DNA from: Minisyncoccota bacterium | GTDB lineage: Bacteria > Patescibacteriota > Minisyncoccia > Phycocordibacterales > XYD1-FULL-46-19 | Direction: 5' to 3' | Length of the DNA stretch: 64,000 bases | Assembly (NCBI GenBank): GCA_041663165.1 | Contig: JBAZRF010000005.1 | Coordinates: forward strand, 502 to 64,501 | Shown: positions 39,962-49,768 of the stretch, piece by piece | Layout: every line of letters begins with the position of its first letter | Position numbering within the stretch: position 1 is the stretch's first letter | Notes under the pieces: generated by a model | Database searches by the model: none | What the model was told of the DNA's origin: nothing | Seen by the model: only the letters and a program-made list of their open reading frames with translations | Made by a program: the position numbers and the translations under genes

Positions 39962-39990
39962 CCACTTAGAGGCGAGGCCTCTAAGTGGCT
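39960..39990. repeat. REP-like palindrome, right flank of the transposase
   Basis: AGCCACTTAGAGGC-GAG-GCCTCTAAGTGGCT; loop inverted relative to the left copy. Confidence 0.85.
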
Positions 39991-40030
39991 TGCTGATGAC
40001 TTACTGATTTTAACTTGCTATAATTTTTTT

Positions 40031-40684
40031 GTGGATAAAATAATCGGTTCATTCGTCGAAGAACTTAAAAAAAGACCAGACGTTATTGGTATTATTCTTT
40101 TTGGCTCTTGGGCCAGGGGAAACAATCGGCCGGATAGTGACATCGATCTAATGGTTATTACCATTGAGGAGTTTAGGAGGACCGTTGAATATAAAGATAA
40201 TCGAGCTTTTGAAATTACTTATACGACAGAAAAATCAGCGATGGACTATTGGGAGAGTCACAAAAATGATTGTGCTGGATTGTGGGAAGTGGCAAAAATT
40301 CTCTACGATAAGGACGGAACGATAAAAAAGCTCGAAGAGTTTGCTCAAGGGATTATAAAAAAAGGGAAAAACCCGTTGGATGAAATAAAGATAGGTCATC
40401 TTAAATTTGACGCCAAGGACAGTTTAGAGGCGGTTAAGGCTCTTGCTAAAACCGAACCAGTCCTAGCTAATTTTTTATTAACGAACAAAATCTTTTGGCT
40501 GACTGAATTATTTTTTGATATCCGCCAATTGTGGGTACCGGCTCCTAAACAGAGGTTCGACAAAATAAAAGAAATTGACAAAGAGTTTTTCGATCTTCTA
40601 ACTCAGTTTTATCAAGACGGCATTGCTCTTACTGAGAAAATAAAAATTGCTGAAAAGACCATACCGATAGTTTTTAAAAGTTAG
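40031..40684 (+). CDS. Pol-beta-family nucleotidyltransferase with helical C-terminal domain
   Basis: 'ILFGSWARG..RPDSDIDL'. Confidence 0.8.
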   Translation: MDKIIGSFVEELKKRPDVIGIILFGSWARGNNRPDSDIDLMVITIEEFRRTVEYKDNRAFEITYTTEKSAMDYWESHKNDCAGLWEVAKILYDKDGTIKKLEEFAQGIIKKGKNPLDEIKIGHLKFDAKDSLEAVKALAKTEPVLANFLLTNKIFWLTELFFDIRQLWVPAPKQRFDKIKEIDKEFFDLLTQFYQDGIALTEKIKIAEKTIPIVFKS

Positions 40685-40736
40685 ATTTCCCCTTTGTTTT
40701 TGGGCGCCTTTTGTGCTACAATAGAAGGGTAATTCT

Positions 40737-41363
40737 ATGATTATCACCTATCATCGAGAGGGTTTTGTTAAGGTCCAGCAAGGCGACTTGGTGGTCGCTT
40801 TTAACCCGATTAGTCGAGAAATTGACGCTAAAGCGACGCGTTTTGGGGCGGATTTATGTTTAATTGCTCTAAACAGTCCGTCGTTTAATGGTTGCGAGAC
40901 AGTCACTTTTGGCAATAAAGAACCGTTCATTATTGATGGTCCGGGCGAGTATGAGATCGATGGTATTTTTGTTTACGGTTTAACGAGCGGTGGCGCCGAC
41001 GGTCAAGTTAACACGATTTTTACCACCGAGATTGAGGGGATTCGCTTGTGCCATTTGGGCGCTCTGTCTAATCCGGCGCTTGACCCCAAAACGATCGAAG
41101 ATATTGGCGGCGTTGATATTTTATTTGTGCCGATCGGTGGCGGTCCGGTCTTGTCGCCCAAAGATGCGGCTAAGTTGGCGGCTTCGCTTGAACCCAAAAT
41201 GATTATCCCGGTAATGTTTGAAAATGGCGAAGGGGAGACGGCGCTCAAAACTTTCTCTAAAGAAATTGGCGGTAATGCTGAAAATCGTGTCGATAAGCTA
41301 ACGGTCAAGAAAAAAGATGTCGAGGGCAAAGAGGACGAGGTAATTATTATTCAAGCCAGTTAG
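40737..41363 (+). CDS. MBL-fold hydrolase-like protein (degenerate metal motif)
   Basis: 'GPGEYEI', 'LCHLG', 'VDILFVPIGG', 'PKMIIP'. Confidence 0.75.
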   Translation: MIITYHREGFVKVQQGDLVVAFNPISREIDAKATRFGADLCLIALNSPSFNGCETVTFGNKEPFIIDGPGEYEIDGIFVYGLTSGGADGQVNTIFTTEIEGIRLCHLGALSNPALDPKTIEDIGGVDILFVPIGGGPVLSPKDAAKLAASLEPKMIIPVMFENGEGETALKTFSKEIGGNAENRVDKLTVKKKDVEGKEDEVIIIQAS

Positions 41364-41372
41364 GATTGTAGT

Positions 41373-41702
41373 ATGTCAATTACCAAATATATAGAAAAAG
41401 TTAAAGCCAGACCAGAGGAGGAAAAACGGCGAACGGTTTTTGTTTGGACCACAGGGTTGGTTTTCTTGATTTTTATGGTTTGGGCGATTACTTTTAGTTT
41501 ATCAGTGGTTAATGATCAAGCCGATTCTGCCAGTCTTAGGGCTGAAGCCGAAGCGAGCGCTAAAACCCAATTAGCTATGGGTACAACAACTCCCGAGCAG
41601 AAAGGTGTTTCGTGGAGCGCTGATCTGGTCCGGTTTATCACCAGTGGTGCCAGCTCAATTAACGAAGGTTTTTGGACGGTTGGTAGTTGGTTGCACAAAT
41701 AA
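41373..41702 (+). CDS. Single-TM hypothetical protein
   Basis: 'KARPEEEKRR' followed by a TM segment; operonic with gyrA. Confidence 0.6.
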   Translation: MSITKYIEKVKARPEEEKRRTVFVWTTGLVFLIFMVWAITFSLSVVNDQADSASLRAEAEASAKTQLAMGTTTPEQKGVSWSADLVRFITSGASSINEGFWTVGSWLHK

Positions 41703-41708
41703 AAAATT

Positions 41709-44180
41709 ATGCCAAACAAAAAAGGACAAAAAAAAGAAGACGACGGTTTGCCAGTACCAGCGGAAAAGATTTTGCCGATCGATATTGTTAAAGAGATGCG
41801 CGATTCGTATCTCGACTACTCAATGTCGGTTATTATCGGTCGGGCCTTGCCCGATGTGCGCGATGGGTTAAAACCAGTGCAACGCCGCATTCTTTTCTCG
41901 ATGCACGAACTCGGCCTAACTTTTTCGGCCAAATTCCGCAAATCAGCGACCGTCGTTGGCGATGTATTGGGTAAATATCATCCCCATGGCGATTCGGCCT
42001 GTTATGAGGCGATGGTACGTTTGGCTCAAGACTTTTCTTTGCGCTATCCGCTTGTCGCTGGTCAGGGTAACTTTGGTTCAATCGATGGCGATTCGGCGGC
42101 GGCCATGCGTTATACCGAGGCCAAATTATCACGCTTGTCGAGCGAAATTTTGCGCGATATCGAAAAAGATACCGTTGATTTTATTCCCAATTACGATGGT
42201 ACCCGACAAGAGCCGGTGGTGATGCCATCGGTGGTACCGAATCTTTTATTAAATGGCGCGATGGGGATTGCGGTGGGTATGGCGACCAAAATCCCGCCCC
42301 ACAATTTAACCGAAGTGATGGACGCTCTTATTCACCTAATCGACAATCCCGAGGCAACGACTGACGACTTGCTCGAATTTGTTAAAGGCCCTGATTTCCC
42401 GACTGGTGGTTTGGCTTATAATCTTGCCGATATCCGTCACGCTTATGCGACTGGCAAAGGGGGAGTCTTGACCCGCGGCGAAGCCGAAATCGTCGAGAAT
42501 AAAGCGGGCAGCTTCCAAATCATTATCAAATCAATTCCCTACCAGGTTAATAAGGCGGAATTGATTATTAAAATTGCCGATTTGGTCCACGAAAAGAAAC
42601 TGGAGGGGATTCGCGATATTCGCGATGAGTCGACCAGAGAATTGCGAGTGGTCATTGACCTTAAAACCGGCACTCAACCGCAAAAGATTTTAAACGCGCT
42701 CTATAAACATACCGAGCTCGAAACTATTTTCCATTACAATTTGCTAATGCTCGTTGACGGGGTGCCTAAATTAATGCCGCTCGAAGGAATTTTGGAAGAA
42801 TTTCTGAAGCATCGCCAAATTATTGTTGTGCGCCGAACAAAATTTGATTTAAAGAAGGCCGAAGATCGCGCTCATATTTTAGAGGGTTTAAAAAAGGCGC
42901 TCGATCATATTGATGAAATCATTAAGCTGATTAAGAAGTCTAAGGATACGATAGTGGCGCATGCCAACCTGATGAAAGAGTTCAAGTTTAGCGACTTACA
43001 GGCGACCGCCATTCTTGAAATGCGTTTGCAAAAACTAGCTGGTCTCGAGCGCCAGAAGATCGAAGACGAATTGAAGGAAAAATTGGCGCTGATCAAAGAC
43101 TTAAAAGCGATTTTGGCTGATCCTAAAAAAGTGCTAGCCATTATCAAAAACGAATTTGTTGAGATCAAAGAGAAATACGGCGATGAACGCAAGACCCATA
43201 TCGTTAAAGGCGGGGTCAAAGAAATTAATGTTGAGGATTTAGTTGCCGAAAAAGAAGAAGTGTTGGTGGTGACGGCTGGCGGTTATATTAAGCGCACTGA
43301 TCCGACTGAATATAAAGCGCAAAAGCGCGGCGGGGTCGGTGTGGTAGATGTTAATATGCGCGAGGAGGATTTTGTCACCATCTTCTTGACGGCGAATACT
43401 CACGACGATCTCTTATTCTTTACCGATAAGGGCAAAGCCTTTCAACTTAAAATGTACGATATTGCCGAGGGCAAACGAGCGACGCGCGGCAAGTCGATTA
43501 TGAATTATCTGGCGCTCTCGCCGGAAGAAAAAATTACATCAATTCTCGCCTTGCCAAAAGATTTGAAGACAGCCAAATTCTCGCTCATGATGTTGACGAA
43601 AGACGGTGTGGCGAAGAAGGTTTCGGCCGATAGCTTCAAAGACGTTCGTCGCTCTGGTTTGATTGCGATTAAACTCGCTGATGGTGATGAACTTTTGGCC
43701 GTGCGGCCAGTTGATAAAGGCGATGAAATTATGATGTCTTCACAATTAGGCCAATCCATTCGCTTTAAAGAAACAGATATCCGCGAAATGGGTCGCAATG
43801 CCGCCGGTGTTCGCGGGATGAAATTGAAGAAGGGCGACAAGATTGTCGGTGCCGAGGTGGTTAAAAAAGAACAGGCTACGGGTGACTACCTAGTGATGAG
43901 TGAAAACGGTTATGGTAAGCGCACCAAACTCAAAGAATACAAAATTCAAAAGCGGGGCGGTTCGGGTATCAAAACCATGAGCGTTACTAAGAAAACCGGC
44001 CAGCTCGTTGCCGTTCATGTAAATGACGGGACGGAAGAGGAGGTGTTTGCCATTTCCAAAATGGGTCAAGTCATTCGCACGAAACTCGCCGAAATCTCGG
44101 TTCTTGGCCGGGCTACTCAAGGTGTCCGCGTCATGAAACTCCGCGAAGGGGATTCACTCGCTTCGCTTACCTGTTTATAA
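41709..44180 (+). CDS. gyrA: DNA gyrase subunit A
   Basis: '[16 protein letters not shown]', 'YHPHGD', 'AAMRYTE', GyrA-box 'QKRGGVG'. Confidence 0.97.
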   Translation: MPNKKGQKKEDDGLPVPAEKILPIDIVKEMRDSYLDYSMSVIIGRALPDVRDGLKPVQRRILFSMHELGLTFSAKFRKSATVVGDVLGKYHPHGDSACYEAMVRLAQDFSLRYPLVAGQGNFGSIDGDSAAAMRYTEAKLSRLSSEILRDIEKDTVDFIPNYDGTRQEPVVMPSVVPNLLLNGAMGIAVGMATKIPPHNLTEVMDALIHLIDNPEATTDDLLEFVKGPDFPTGGLAYNLADIRHAYATGKGGVLTRGEAEIVENKAGSFQIIIKSIPYQVNKAELIIKIADLVHEKKLEGIRDIRDESTRELRVVIDLKTGTQPQKILNALYKHTELETIFHYNLLMLVDGVPKLMPLEGILEEFLKHRQIIVVRRTKFDLKKAEDRAHILEGLKKALDHIDEIIKLIKKSKDTIVAHANLMKEFKFSDLQATAILEMRLQKLAGLERQKIEDELKEKLALIKDLKAILADPKKVLAIIKNEFVEIKEKYGDERKTHIVKGGVKEINVEDLVAEKEEVLVVTAGGYIKRTDPTEYKAQKRGGVGVVDVNMREEDFVTIFLTANTHDDLLFFTDKGKAFQLKMYDIAEGKRATRGKSIMNYLALSPEEKITSILALPKDLKTAKFSLMMLTKDGVAKKVSADSFKDVRRSGLIAIKLADGDELLAVRPVDKGDEIMMSSQLGQSIRFKETDIREMGRNAAGVRGMKLKKGDKIVGAEVVKKEQATGDYLVMSENGYGKRTKLKEYKIQKRGGSGIKTMSVTKKTGQLVAVHVNDGTEEEVFAISKMGQVIRTKLAEISVLGRATQGVRVMKLREGDSLASLTCL

Positions 44181-44332
44181 AAAAGACTTTAAATTTGAGA
44201 TAAATTATAGCTATTGACAAATAGGCTATTGCTTGTTATATTTAAACACGGAAGTTGAAAAAAGCGTAAATAAGATAAAACCCAGATATTCGTGAACCAT
44301 AACGCCTACGGGCCACGGGAGAATTAAGCGTC

Positions 44333-44881
44333 ATGAGTAGTCAGATTAGTAGTGCAACGGCGAAGAAGGGTTTGTTCTGGATGGCGATCGTTTTCGCTCT
44401 GGCTCTGGGGGTGTGGGCATGGTACTCCTTTGTCTACCGGCCCGATCACCAGAATCCTCAAGTGGCGGTTGCTCAAGTGGCCACGACCGAGATAGTTAAG
44501 ACCGATCTCGCCAGCCTGAACATTGGCACGGAGGACTTTGGCTGGCTGCCGGTGGTTTGGATGGAAGGAGTAGATAGTGCTAGCGGCCTGTCCGCGATCA
44601 TCATCTCTCTAGATCCCTCTAATTCCAAAGACACCGCCACCTGGCGACCGGCGATTATGAGGACTGGCGGATTCAACCCGGACAAGCGATCATATTCGCA
44701 GATCGCCGACAACGCGTCGGTCGGCGGTTTCAGTACTGTTGCCCACATCTACTCGAAGATCACACATCTCGAAAGAGCGCCCTTCTCGGATGTCTTCTTC
44801 GTCGGTGGCGGAGAGTATCCGGGCAACGTAGCCTACGCGAATTATCTAGCCGAACAGGCGGCCAACAAGAAGAAGCCATAA
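44333..44881 (+). CDS. Membrane-anchored hypothetical protein
   Basis: N-terminal TM segment; own TTGACA-17-TATATT promoter and a downstream hairpin. Confidence 0.6.
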   Translation: MSSQISSATAKKGLFWMAIVFALALGVWAWYSFVYRPDHQNPQVAVAQVATTEIVKTDLASLNIGTEDFGWLPVVWMEGVDSASGLSAIIISLDPSNSKDTATWRPAIMRTGGFNPDKRSYSQIADNASVGGFSTVAHIYSKITHLERAPFSDVFFVGGGEYPGNVAYANYLAEQAANKKKP

Positions 44882-44998
44882 CGTCGCCAAATAACACGCC
44901 CCACTGCGAACCCTACATTCCAGTGGGGCTTTCGCATTTATTAAAGGTGACGTTTTCCCCTTGTTGATAAATCTCTTAACGTGGTAAAATAAGGGCAA

Positions 44999-45529
44999 AT
45001 GGCTTTTGCGGATCCGCTCACTAATTTACAACAAATTAACTTAACCCTGGGGATGACAGTGGTAGATTTTGGCGCTGGTTCGGGCGCCTACACCTTACCG
45101 GCAGCGCGCTTGGTGGCGCCGGCTGGTAAAGTTTACGCGGTTGAAATTCAAAAAGATTTACTCGAGACAATCAAAAAGGCCGCCGAAGCTGAGCATTTGG
45201 GCGGAAACGTTAATTTGATTTGGGGAGATGTTGAGCAGCCTGGCGGTGTTGGGTTGGGAGACAATCTGGCCGATGTCATTATCATTTCTAACCTTTTGTT
45301 TCAGGCTAAATCAATGTACACGCTGGTCTTAGAGGCTAAACGGATCTTAAAACCCAATGGGAAGATTATGGTTATTGACTGGACGGGATCTTTTGGCGGA
45401 CTAGGACCTCAACCTAAAGATATTGTTTCGGCCGAAGAAGTAAAAAAGACTTTTGGCAGCGCTGGGTTAGTTTTCACCTCAGAATTTTCAGCCGGGGAAA
45501 ATCATTATGGGCTAATTTTTATGAAATAA
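44999..45529 (+). CDS. Class I SAM-dependent methyltransferase
   Basis: 'VVDFGAGSG', 'KVYAVEI', 'RILKPNG..VIDW'. Confidence 0.85.
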   Translation: MAFADPLTNLQQINLTLGMTVVDFGAGSGAYTLPAARLVAPAGKVYAVEIQKDLLETIKKAAEAEHLGGNVNLIWGDVEQPGGVGLGDNLADVIIISNLLFQAKSMYTLVLEAKRILKPNGKIMVIDWTGSFGGLGPQPKDIVSAEEVKKTFGSAGLVFTSEFSAGENHYGLIFMK

Positions 45530-45533
45530 ATTA

Positions 45534-46844
45534 ATGAGTGGTAAAAGTTTGTTCCAAACCATTCTCCTTGTTCTCTTGGGTGCCGCCCTGGTGGTTGCCG
45601 TTTTAATTTTTGCCGGTGTTTTGCCGGGCTTTCGACAGAAAAAAGTTGGTCAGGCTGGTGAAGTTGTGGTCTGGGGCAGTTTTTCTGACAATTCTTTCAT
45701 CCAAATGATGACGACCGACCTTCCTCAAGGGCACGAAAAGGAGTTTTCGGTTAGATATTTTGATAAGGGCGCTGATCTTGAGTCGTCTTTAATCAATGCG
45801 CTTGCCTCCGGCCAAGGTCCCGATGTCATCATTGCTCCCCATGAGCTAATTCTTAAACAGCGCGACAAATTTGCCCTGATTCCTTTTACCTCGGTTCCGC
45901 TTCGCTCTTATCAAGACACTTTTGTTGACGAGGGTGATCTCTTTGTTGTTAAAGATGGGTTTATGGCGCTACCATTGTCAATTGATCCCCTTCTTCTTTA
46001 TTACAACAAAGACGTCTACAATAATGTTAATTTGCTCAAAGCGCCGACCAATTGGGAGGAGTTTATTAAAATTCAACCCATCCTGACCAAAGTGGGCGAA
46101 CTCCATCGATTAGAACAGAGCGCCTTTGCCCTGGGTACTTTTGGCAATAATAATAATGCCAAAGATATTTTATCCTTACTTATTCTCCAGGCCGGGGGCT
46201 CGCCGGCCGTTTCTAACGATGGCCAGATTTCCGTAACCCTCAATAACGACTTTGGTTTTTCTATTAAACCGGCTCAAGCCGCCCTTTCTTTTTTCCTGCA
46301 ATTTGCCGATCCTGTTAAGAGCACCTATTGTTGGAATCGTTCTTTGCCTGAGGCCCGGGATAGTTTCTTGGGTGAAAGTTTGGTCAATTATTTTGGCTTT
46401 GGAAGCGAGGCTTCTTATTTGCGAGAAAAAAATCCCCATCTTAACTTAAACTTAAGTATCGTGCCCCAAATGGAGGGCAAAAATCGCCTGACCTTTGGCC
46501 GTCTGTACGGGGTGGCCGTTCTTAAAACTTCGACCAAATTAAGTGCCACTTGGCCAATGATCTTTGCTTTGACCGGACAAGAACATTCCCAAAAGGCTGC
46601 CGATATTCTTAATCTCGCTCCCTCTCGGCGAGCACTTCTGGTTCCTGACCCGGCTAAGCCGGACCAAAAAGTTATTTTTGATTCCGCCCTCATTAGCCGT
46701 GGTTGGTATGATTTTGCGCCGGCCGAAATCAAGAACCTTTTTCAAACGATGAATGATAACGCTGCTACCGGTCGACTTTCGCCGTCCGAAGCGGTAGAGC
46801 AGGCAGCGGGAGAAATTAGCAAATTAATTAATCCTTCTCAATAA
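45534..46844 (+). CDS. Extracellular solute-binding protein (family 1-like)
   Basis: N-terminal TM segment, 'NALASGQGPD', 'LLYYNKD', 'PTNWEE'. Confidence 0.8.
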   Translation: MSGKSLFQTILLVLLGAALVVAVLIFAGVLPGFRQKKVGQAGEVVVWGSFSDNSFIQMMTTDLPQGHEKEFSVRYFDKGADLESSLINALASGQGPDVIIAPHELILKQRDKFALIPFTSVPLRSYQDTFVDEGDLFVVKDGFMALPLSIDPLLLYYNKDVYNNVNLLKAPTNWEEFIKIQPILTKVGELHRLEQSAFALGTFGNNNNAKDILSLLILQAGGSPAVSNDGQISVTLNNDFGFSIKPAQAALSFFLQFADPVKSTYCWNRSLPEARDSFLGESLVNYFGFGSEASYLREKNPHLNLNLSIVPQMEGKNRLTFGRLYGVAVLKTSTKLSATWPMIFALTGQEHSQKAADILNLAPSRRALLVPDPAKPDQKVIFDSALISRGWYDFAPAEIKNLFQTMNDNAATGRLSPSEAVEQAAGEISKLINPSQ

Positions 46845-46845
46845 A

Positions 46846-47268
46846 ATGACCGCTAAGAAAGTCAATTATCGTTTCGCCCTCGCTTTCCTGCTGGTTTTGG
46901 TGTTTTTTAATTTCTTGCCACTTTTACTCTTGGCGGCTGACGCTCCGCTTGTTACTACAGTCGGCAGTGATGGTCCGGGCGATTACACCTGGAAGGAGCT
47001 CGTTCAATTATTTAGAAATGTTACCGACTTTATTTTCTTAAGATTGATGATTCCTCTTGCGGTGATCGCCATTGTTTACGCCGGTATTCGAATTTTGTTG
47101 GGGAAGAGCAAGCCAGAAGATTTAATTAAAGAAAAGGGGACGCTTCGCAATGTGGCGATCGGGATCTTTATGGCATTGGGCGCCTATGCTATAGTTAAGA
47201 CAATCTTTAGCTTGCTAGCTGACGATAGTACCAGCGTGATTAGGGGAGTGATGGATCAAGTTTTTTAA
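46846..47268 (+). CDS. VirB2/TrbC-like pilin
   Basis: Signal peptide plus two TM helices, 'IVYAGI...IGIF'. Confidence 0.65.
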   Translation: MTAKKVNYRFALAFLLVLVFFNFLPLLLLAADAPLVTTVGSDGPGDYTWKELVQLFRNVTDFIFLRLMIPLAVIAIVYAGIRILLGKSKPEDLIKEKGTLRNVAIGIFMALGAYAIVKTIFSLLADDSTSVIRGVMDQVF

Positions 47269-47277
47269 TTACCGAAG

Positions 47278-47682
47278 ATGAGAACAAAAAAATATCAACT
47301 TTTGGCTTTGATTTTATTTTTGACCGCTGTGGCCATGCCCAGCTTGGTTTGGGCGGTGGATCCGGTCGGCACCAAAATTTTTGTAAATCCTCTTAAAGCC
47401 GATAACATTACTGAATTGTTAACCGCTGTTCTCGATGTCGTTGTCCAGGTTGGCCTTGTTATTGTTGTCTTTTTTATTATTTACGCTGGTTTCCAATTTG
47501 TAACCGCCCAAGGAAATACGGAAAAAATTAAAGATGCGCGCAAAGCGCTGGTCTACACTCTTATTGGCTCAGCCATTGTTATTGGTTCTTATGCTATTGC
47601 CTCGGCGCTTAAAAGCACGGTCAATCAGCTCACCAACGGTGTTGTCGTTCAATTACAGGAAATTACTAAGTTTAAAACCTAA
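47278..47682 (+). CDS. VirB2/TrbC-like pilin
   Basis: 'NPL', 'IIYAGFQFVTAQGN.EKI..ARKAL.YTLIG'. Confidence 0.8.
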   Translation: MRTKKYQLLALILFLTAVAMPSLVWAVDPVGTKIFVNPLKADNITELLTAVLDVVVQVGLVIVVFFIIYAGFQFVTAQGNTEKIKDARKALVYTLIGSAIVIGSYAIASALKSTVNQLTNGVVVQLQEITKFKT

Positions 47683-47686
47683 AAAT

Positions 47687-47992
47687 ATGGCTGCTGCGGG
47701 GAACCTTCAAGGCATTATCCAAGTTATTTTGAAGTCAATTATCGAACCGCTTATCCCGATTTTAGTGGCTCTCGCCATCATTCTTTTTGCTTGGGGATTA
47801 TTTAATTATCTAAAATCAGGGATGGGTGACACTGATGATATCCGAGGAGCCAAAAGCCTAATGTTTTGGGGGATGATTATTATTTTCGTGATGTTTTCGG
47901 TTTGGGGTTTGGTGCTTATCCTTCAAGATGTGTTTTTTAACGGTGGCACGGTGCCAATGGTCGCCCCCAAAGTTATCAGGTATGGTCTGTAA
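47687..47992 (+). CDS. VirB2/TrbC-like pilin
   Basis: 'FAWGLFNYL..G...AKSLMFWG..FVMFSVWGLV'. Confidence 0.75.
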   Translation: MAAAGNLQGIIQVILKSIIEPLIPILVALAIILFAWGLFNYLKSGMGDTDDIRGAKSLMFWGMIIIFVMFSVWGLVLILQDVFFNGGTVPMVAPKVIRYGL

Positions 47993-48014
47993 TAATTTTT
48001 AATTATTCATTTTT

Positions 48015-48359
48015 ATGTCATTACGTTCTAAAATTGTGGTCGGTTTTGCTTCGCTCTCGCCGGTGATCGCTTCGGCCGGTTATCTCGATGATGTTGCCAC
48101 CACCTTTAAGAAGGTGATTGCCACCGTCTTGCCCGCCTTCATCGGCCTGGCCATCATCGGCTTCGCTTACGGCTTGTTCGTTTATCTTAAGGGTGGGGCT
48201 GAAGACAAGGAGAAGGGTAAGACTTTGATCTTTTGGGGCGGCTTATCAATTGTTGTTTTAATCTCTCTCTACGGTATTGCCGGGTTATTGCAAACTCTCA
48301 CCGGGGCCACGGGGACAATTATTAATGTTCCCTCGGTGGTTACCGGTTTGCATCAATGA
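48015..48359 (+). CDS. VirB2/TrbC-like pilin
   Basis: 'FAYGLFVYLKGGAEDKEKGKTLIFWG'. Confidence 0.75.
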   Translation: MSLRSKIVVGFASLSPVIASAGYLDDVATTFKKVIATVLPAFIGLAIIGFAYGLFVYLKGGAEDKEKGKTLIFWGGLSIVVLISLYGIAGLLQTLTGATGTIINVPSVVTGLHQ

Positions 48360-48704
48360 TTCGTTTATCCACCTTTCGGTTTTACTAACCGGCTTTTAAA
48401 CGATATAATTAAGGAGGTCATTATTATTAAATAGTCGATTAATTATTAACTTTAATTATTAAGAAATATTTATTATGTCGCTTCGTGTAAAAATTGGGGC
48501 TGGGTTAATGGCTCTTTTGCCAATGACTTCTTTCGCTCTCGGGTTTAATAATGCTTACTTTACGAACATGTCGGTAGCGTTTAAAACCATAATCGGGAAC
48601 CTTTTGCCCGCCTTCATCGGCCTGGCCATCATCGGCTTCGCTTACGGCTTGTTCGTTTATCTTAAGGGTGGGGCTGAAGACAAGGAGAAGGGTAAGACTT
48701 TGAT
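48129..48704 (+). repeat. 101-bp identical direct repeat (48129-48229 and 48604-48704) shared by two pilins
   Basis: TTGCCCGCCTTC...GACTTTGAT is identical in both copies. Confidence 0.9.
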
Positions 48705-48834
48705 GATTTGGGGCGGTCTAGCCGTTGTCATCTTGATTTCTATTTACGGCATTGCCGGGTTATTGCAAGATCTGACGGGGGCAACCGATACTAATATTAC
48801 TCCGCCGACGACTATCAAGGGCCTAAATATATAG
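48475..48834 (+). CDS. VirB2/TrbC-like pilin (paralog of 48015..48359)
   Basis: Same core peptide, different termini. Confidence 0.75.
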   Translation: MSLRVKIGAGLMALLPMTSFALGFNNAYFTNMSVAFKTIIGNLLPAFIGLAIIGFAYGLFVYLKGGAEDKEKGKTLMIWGGLAVVILISIYGIAGLLQDLTGATDTNITPPTTIKGLNI

Positions 48835-48851
48835 TGGGTTTCTAGATAAAA

Positions 48852-49100
48852 ATGAAATTGCTCGACAATATTAAGGCCTTTGTGGTTGATCCGGTCATTC
48901 TTTTGCTCTTTGGTTTGGCGCTTGTCATTTTCCTTTACGGTTTGGTTATGTTTTTATGGCAAGGCGATACGGTTAAGAATTCGACCGAGGGACGCGATAA
49001 AATTATCTGGGGTCTGGTCGGGATGGCAGTTATGGCTTCGGTTTACGGCTTCTTGGAGGTCATTTCTAAAACCATTGATCAACTGATGACAGGAGTTTAA
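48852..49100 (+). CDS. VirB2/TrbC-like pilin
   Basis: 'FLYGLVMFL..G...EGRDKIIWGLVG..VMASVYG'. Confidence 0.7.
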   Translation: MKLLDNIKAFVVDPVILLLFGLALVIFLYGLVMFLWQGDTVKNSTEGRDKIIWGLVGMAVMASVYGFLEVISKTIDQLMTGV

Positions 49101-49119
49101 TATTTTAAAGAGTAAAGAA

Positions 49120-49160
49120 AAGTGCCACACCTCCTTGCGGGGGTGTGGCACTTGGTTTTT
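49120..49160 (+). terminator. Intrinsic terminator, probably bidirectional
   Basis: AAGTGCCACACC...GGTGTGGCACTT, T-rich after, between convergent genes. Confidence 0.65.
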
Positions 49161-49180
49161 GTCAAACGCTTCTCCTTTCT

Positions 49181-49759
49181 CTACTTTGTTTTCCACCGCC
49201 AGGTCACATATAGCGGTGGTTCACCTTTGTTCACCTTGAAGTAAACGGGTTCTCCTGGGTCCAGCGTCACGCTGTCCCCGTCGCCAACCGAATGCCACTC
49301 TCCACCGCCACTCTTTATCAAGAAGCGGCGGCCGTGTTCCGCACCCGGAGCTAGGCGGTGGTCGCCTTCAATCGCTCCGTTTTCCCAGGCGATCGGTACT
49401 ACTTCGTCGGTGAGACGAAGGGTTCGCCACTCGCCCCAGCTAGCCTCTTTCGCCGCCGGGCAAGTCTTAGTGCTGCTACACACAGACGCGATATAGCAGA
49501 GCCCATATACGAAGATTACCGCCAACGCCAGAATCATGAACATCCCGTCTCGTGGCAGTGGGGCCTTGGCCTTAGGCTTCTTCTCGGCCGTGGCCGCCGC
49601 TTCCTTGGTGTCGGTCTTCTTTTCTGCCCCTTTCTCTTTGGCCTTCGACACCTTTTCCTTGTTTGTCCTTCTGGCTTGGCATAGCGCCAGAACGACGAAG
49701 ATGGTTGACGGTATCGTTACCACGGAAAGGATTGCTCCTATTGTCCACCACATTGTCAT
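49181..49759 (-). CDS. Two-TM hypothetical protein
   Basis: SD AAAGGAG; operonic with the SPFH gene. Confidence 0.6.
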   Translation of the reverse strand: MTMWWTIGAILSVVTIPSTIFVVLALCQARRTNKEKVSKAKEKGAEKKTDTKEAAATAEKKPKAKAPLPRDGMFMILALAVIFVYGLCYIASVCSSTKTCPAAKEASWGEWRTLRLTDEVVPIAWENGAIEGDHRLAPGAEHGRRFLIKSGGGEWHSVGDGDSVTLDPGEPVYFKVNKGEPPLYVTWRWKTK

Positions 49760-49768
49760 ACTCCTTTC

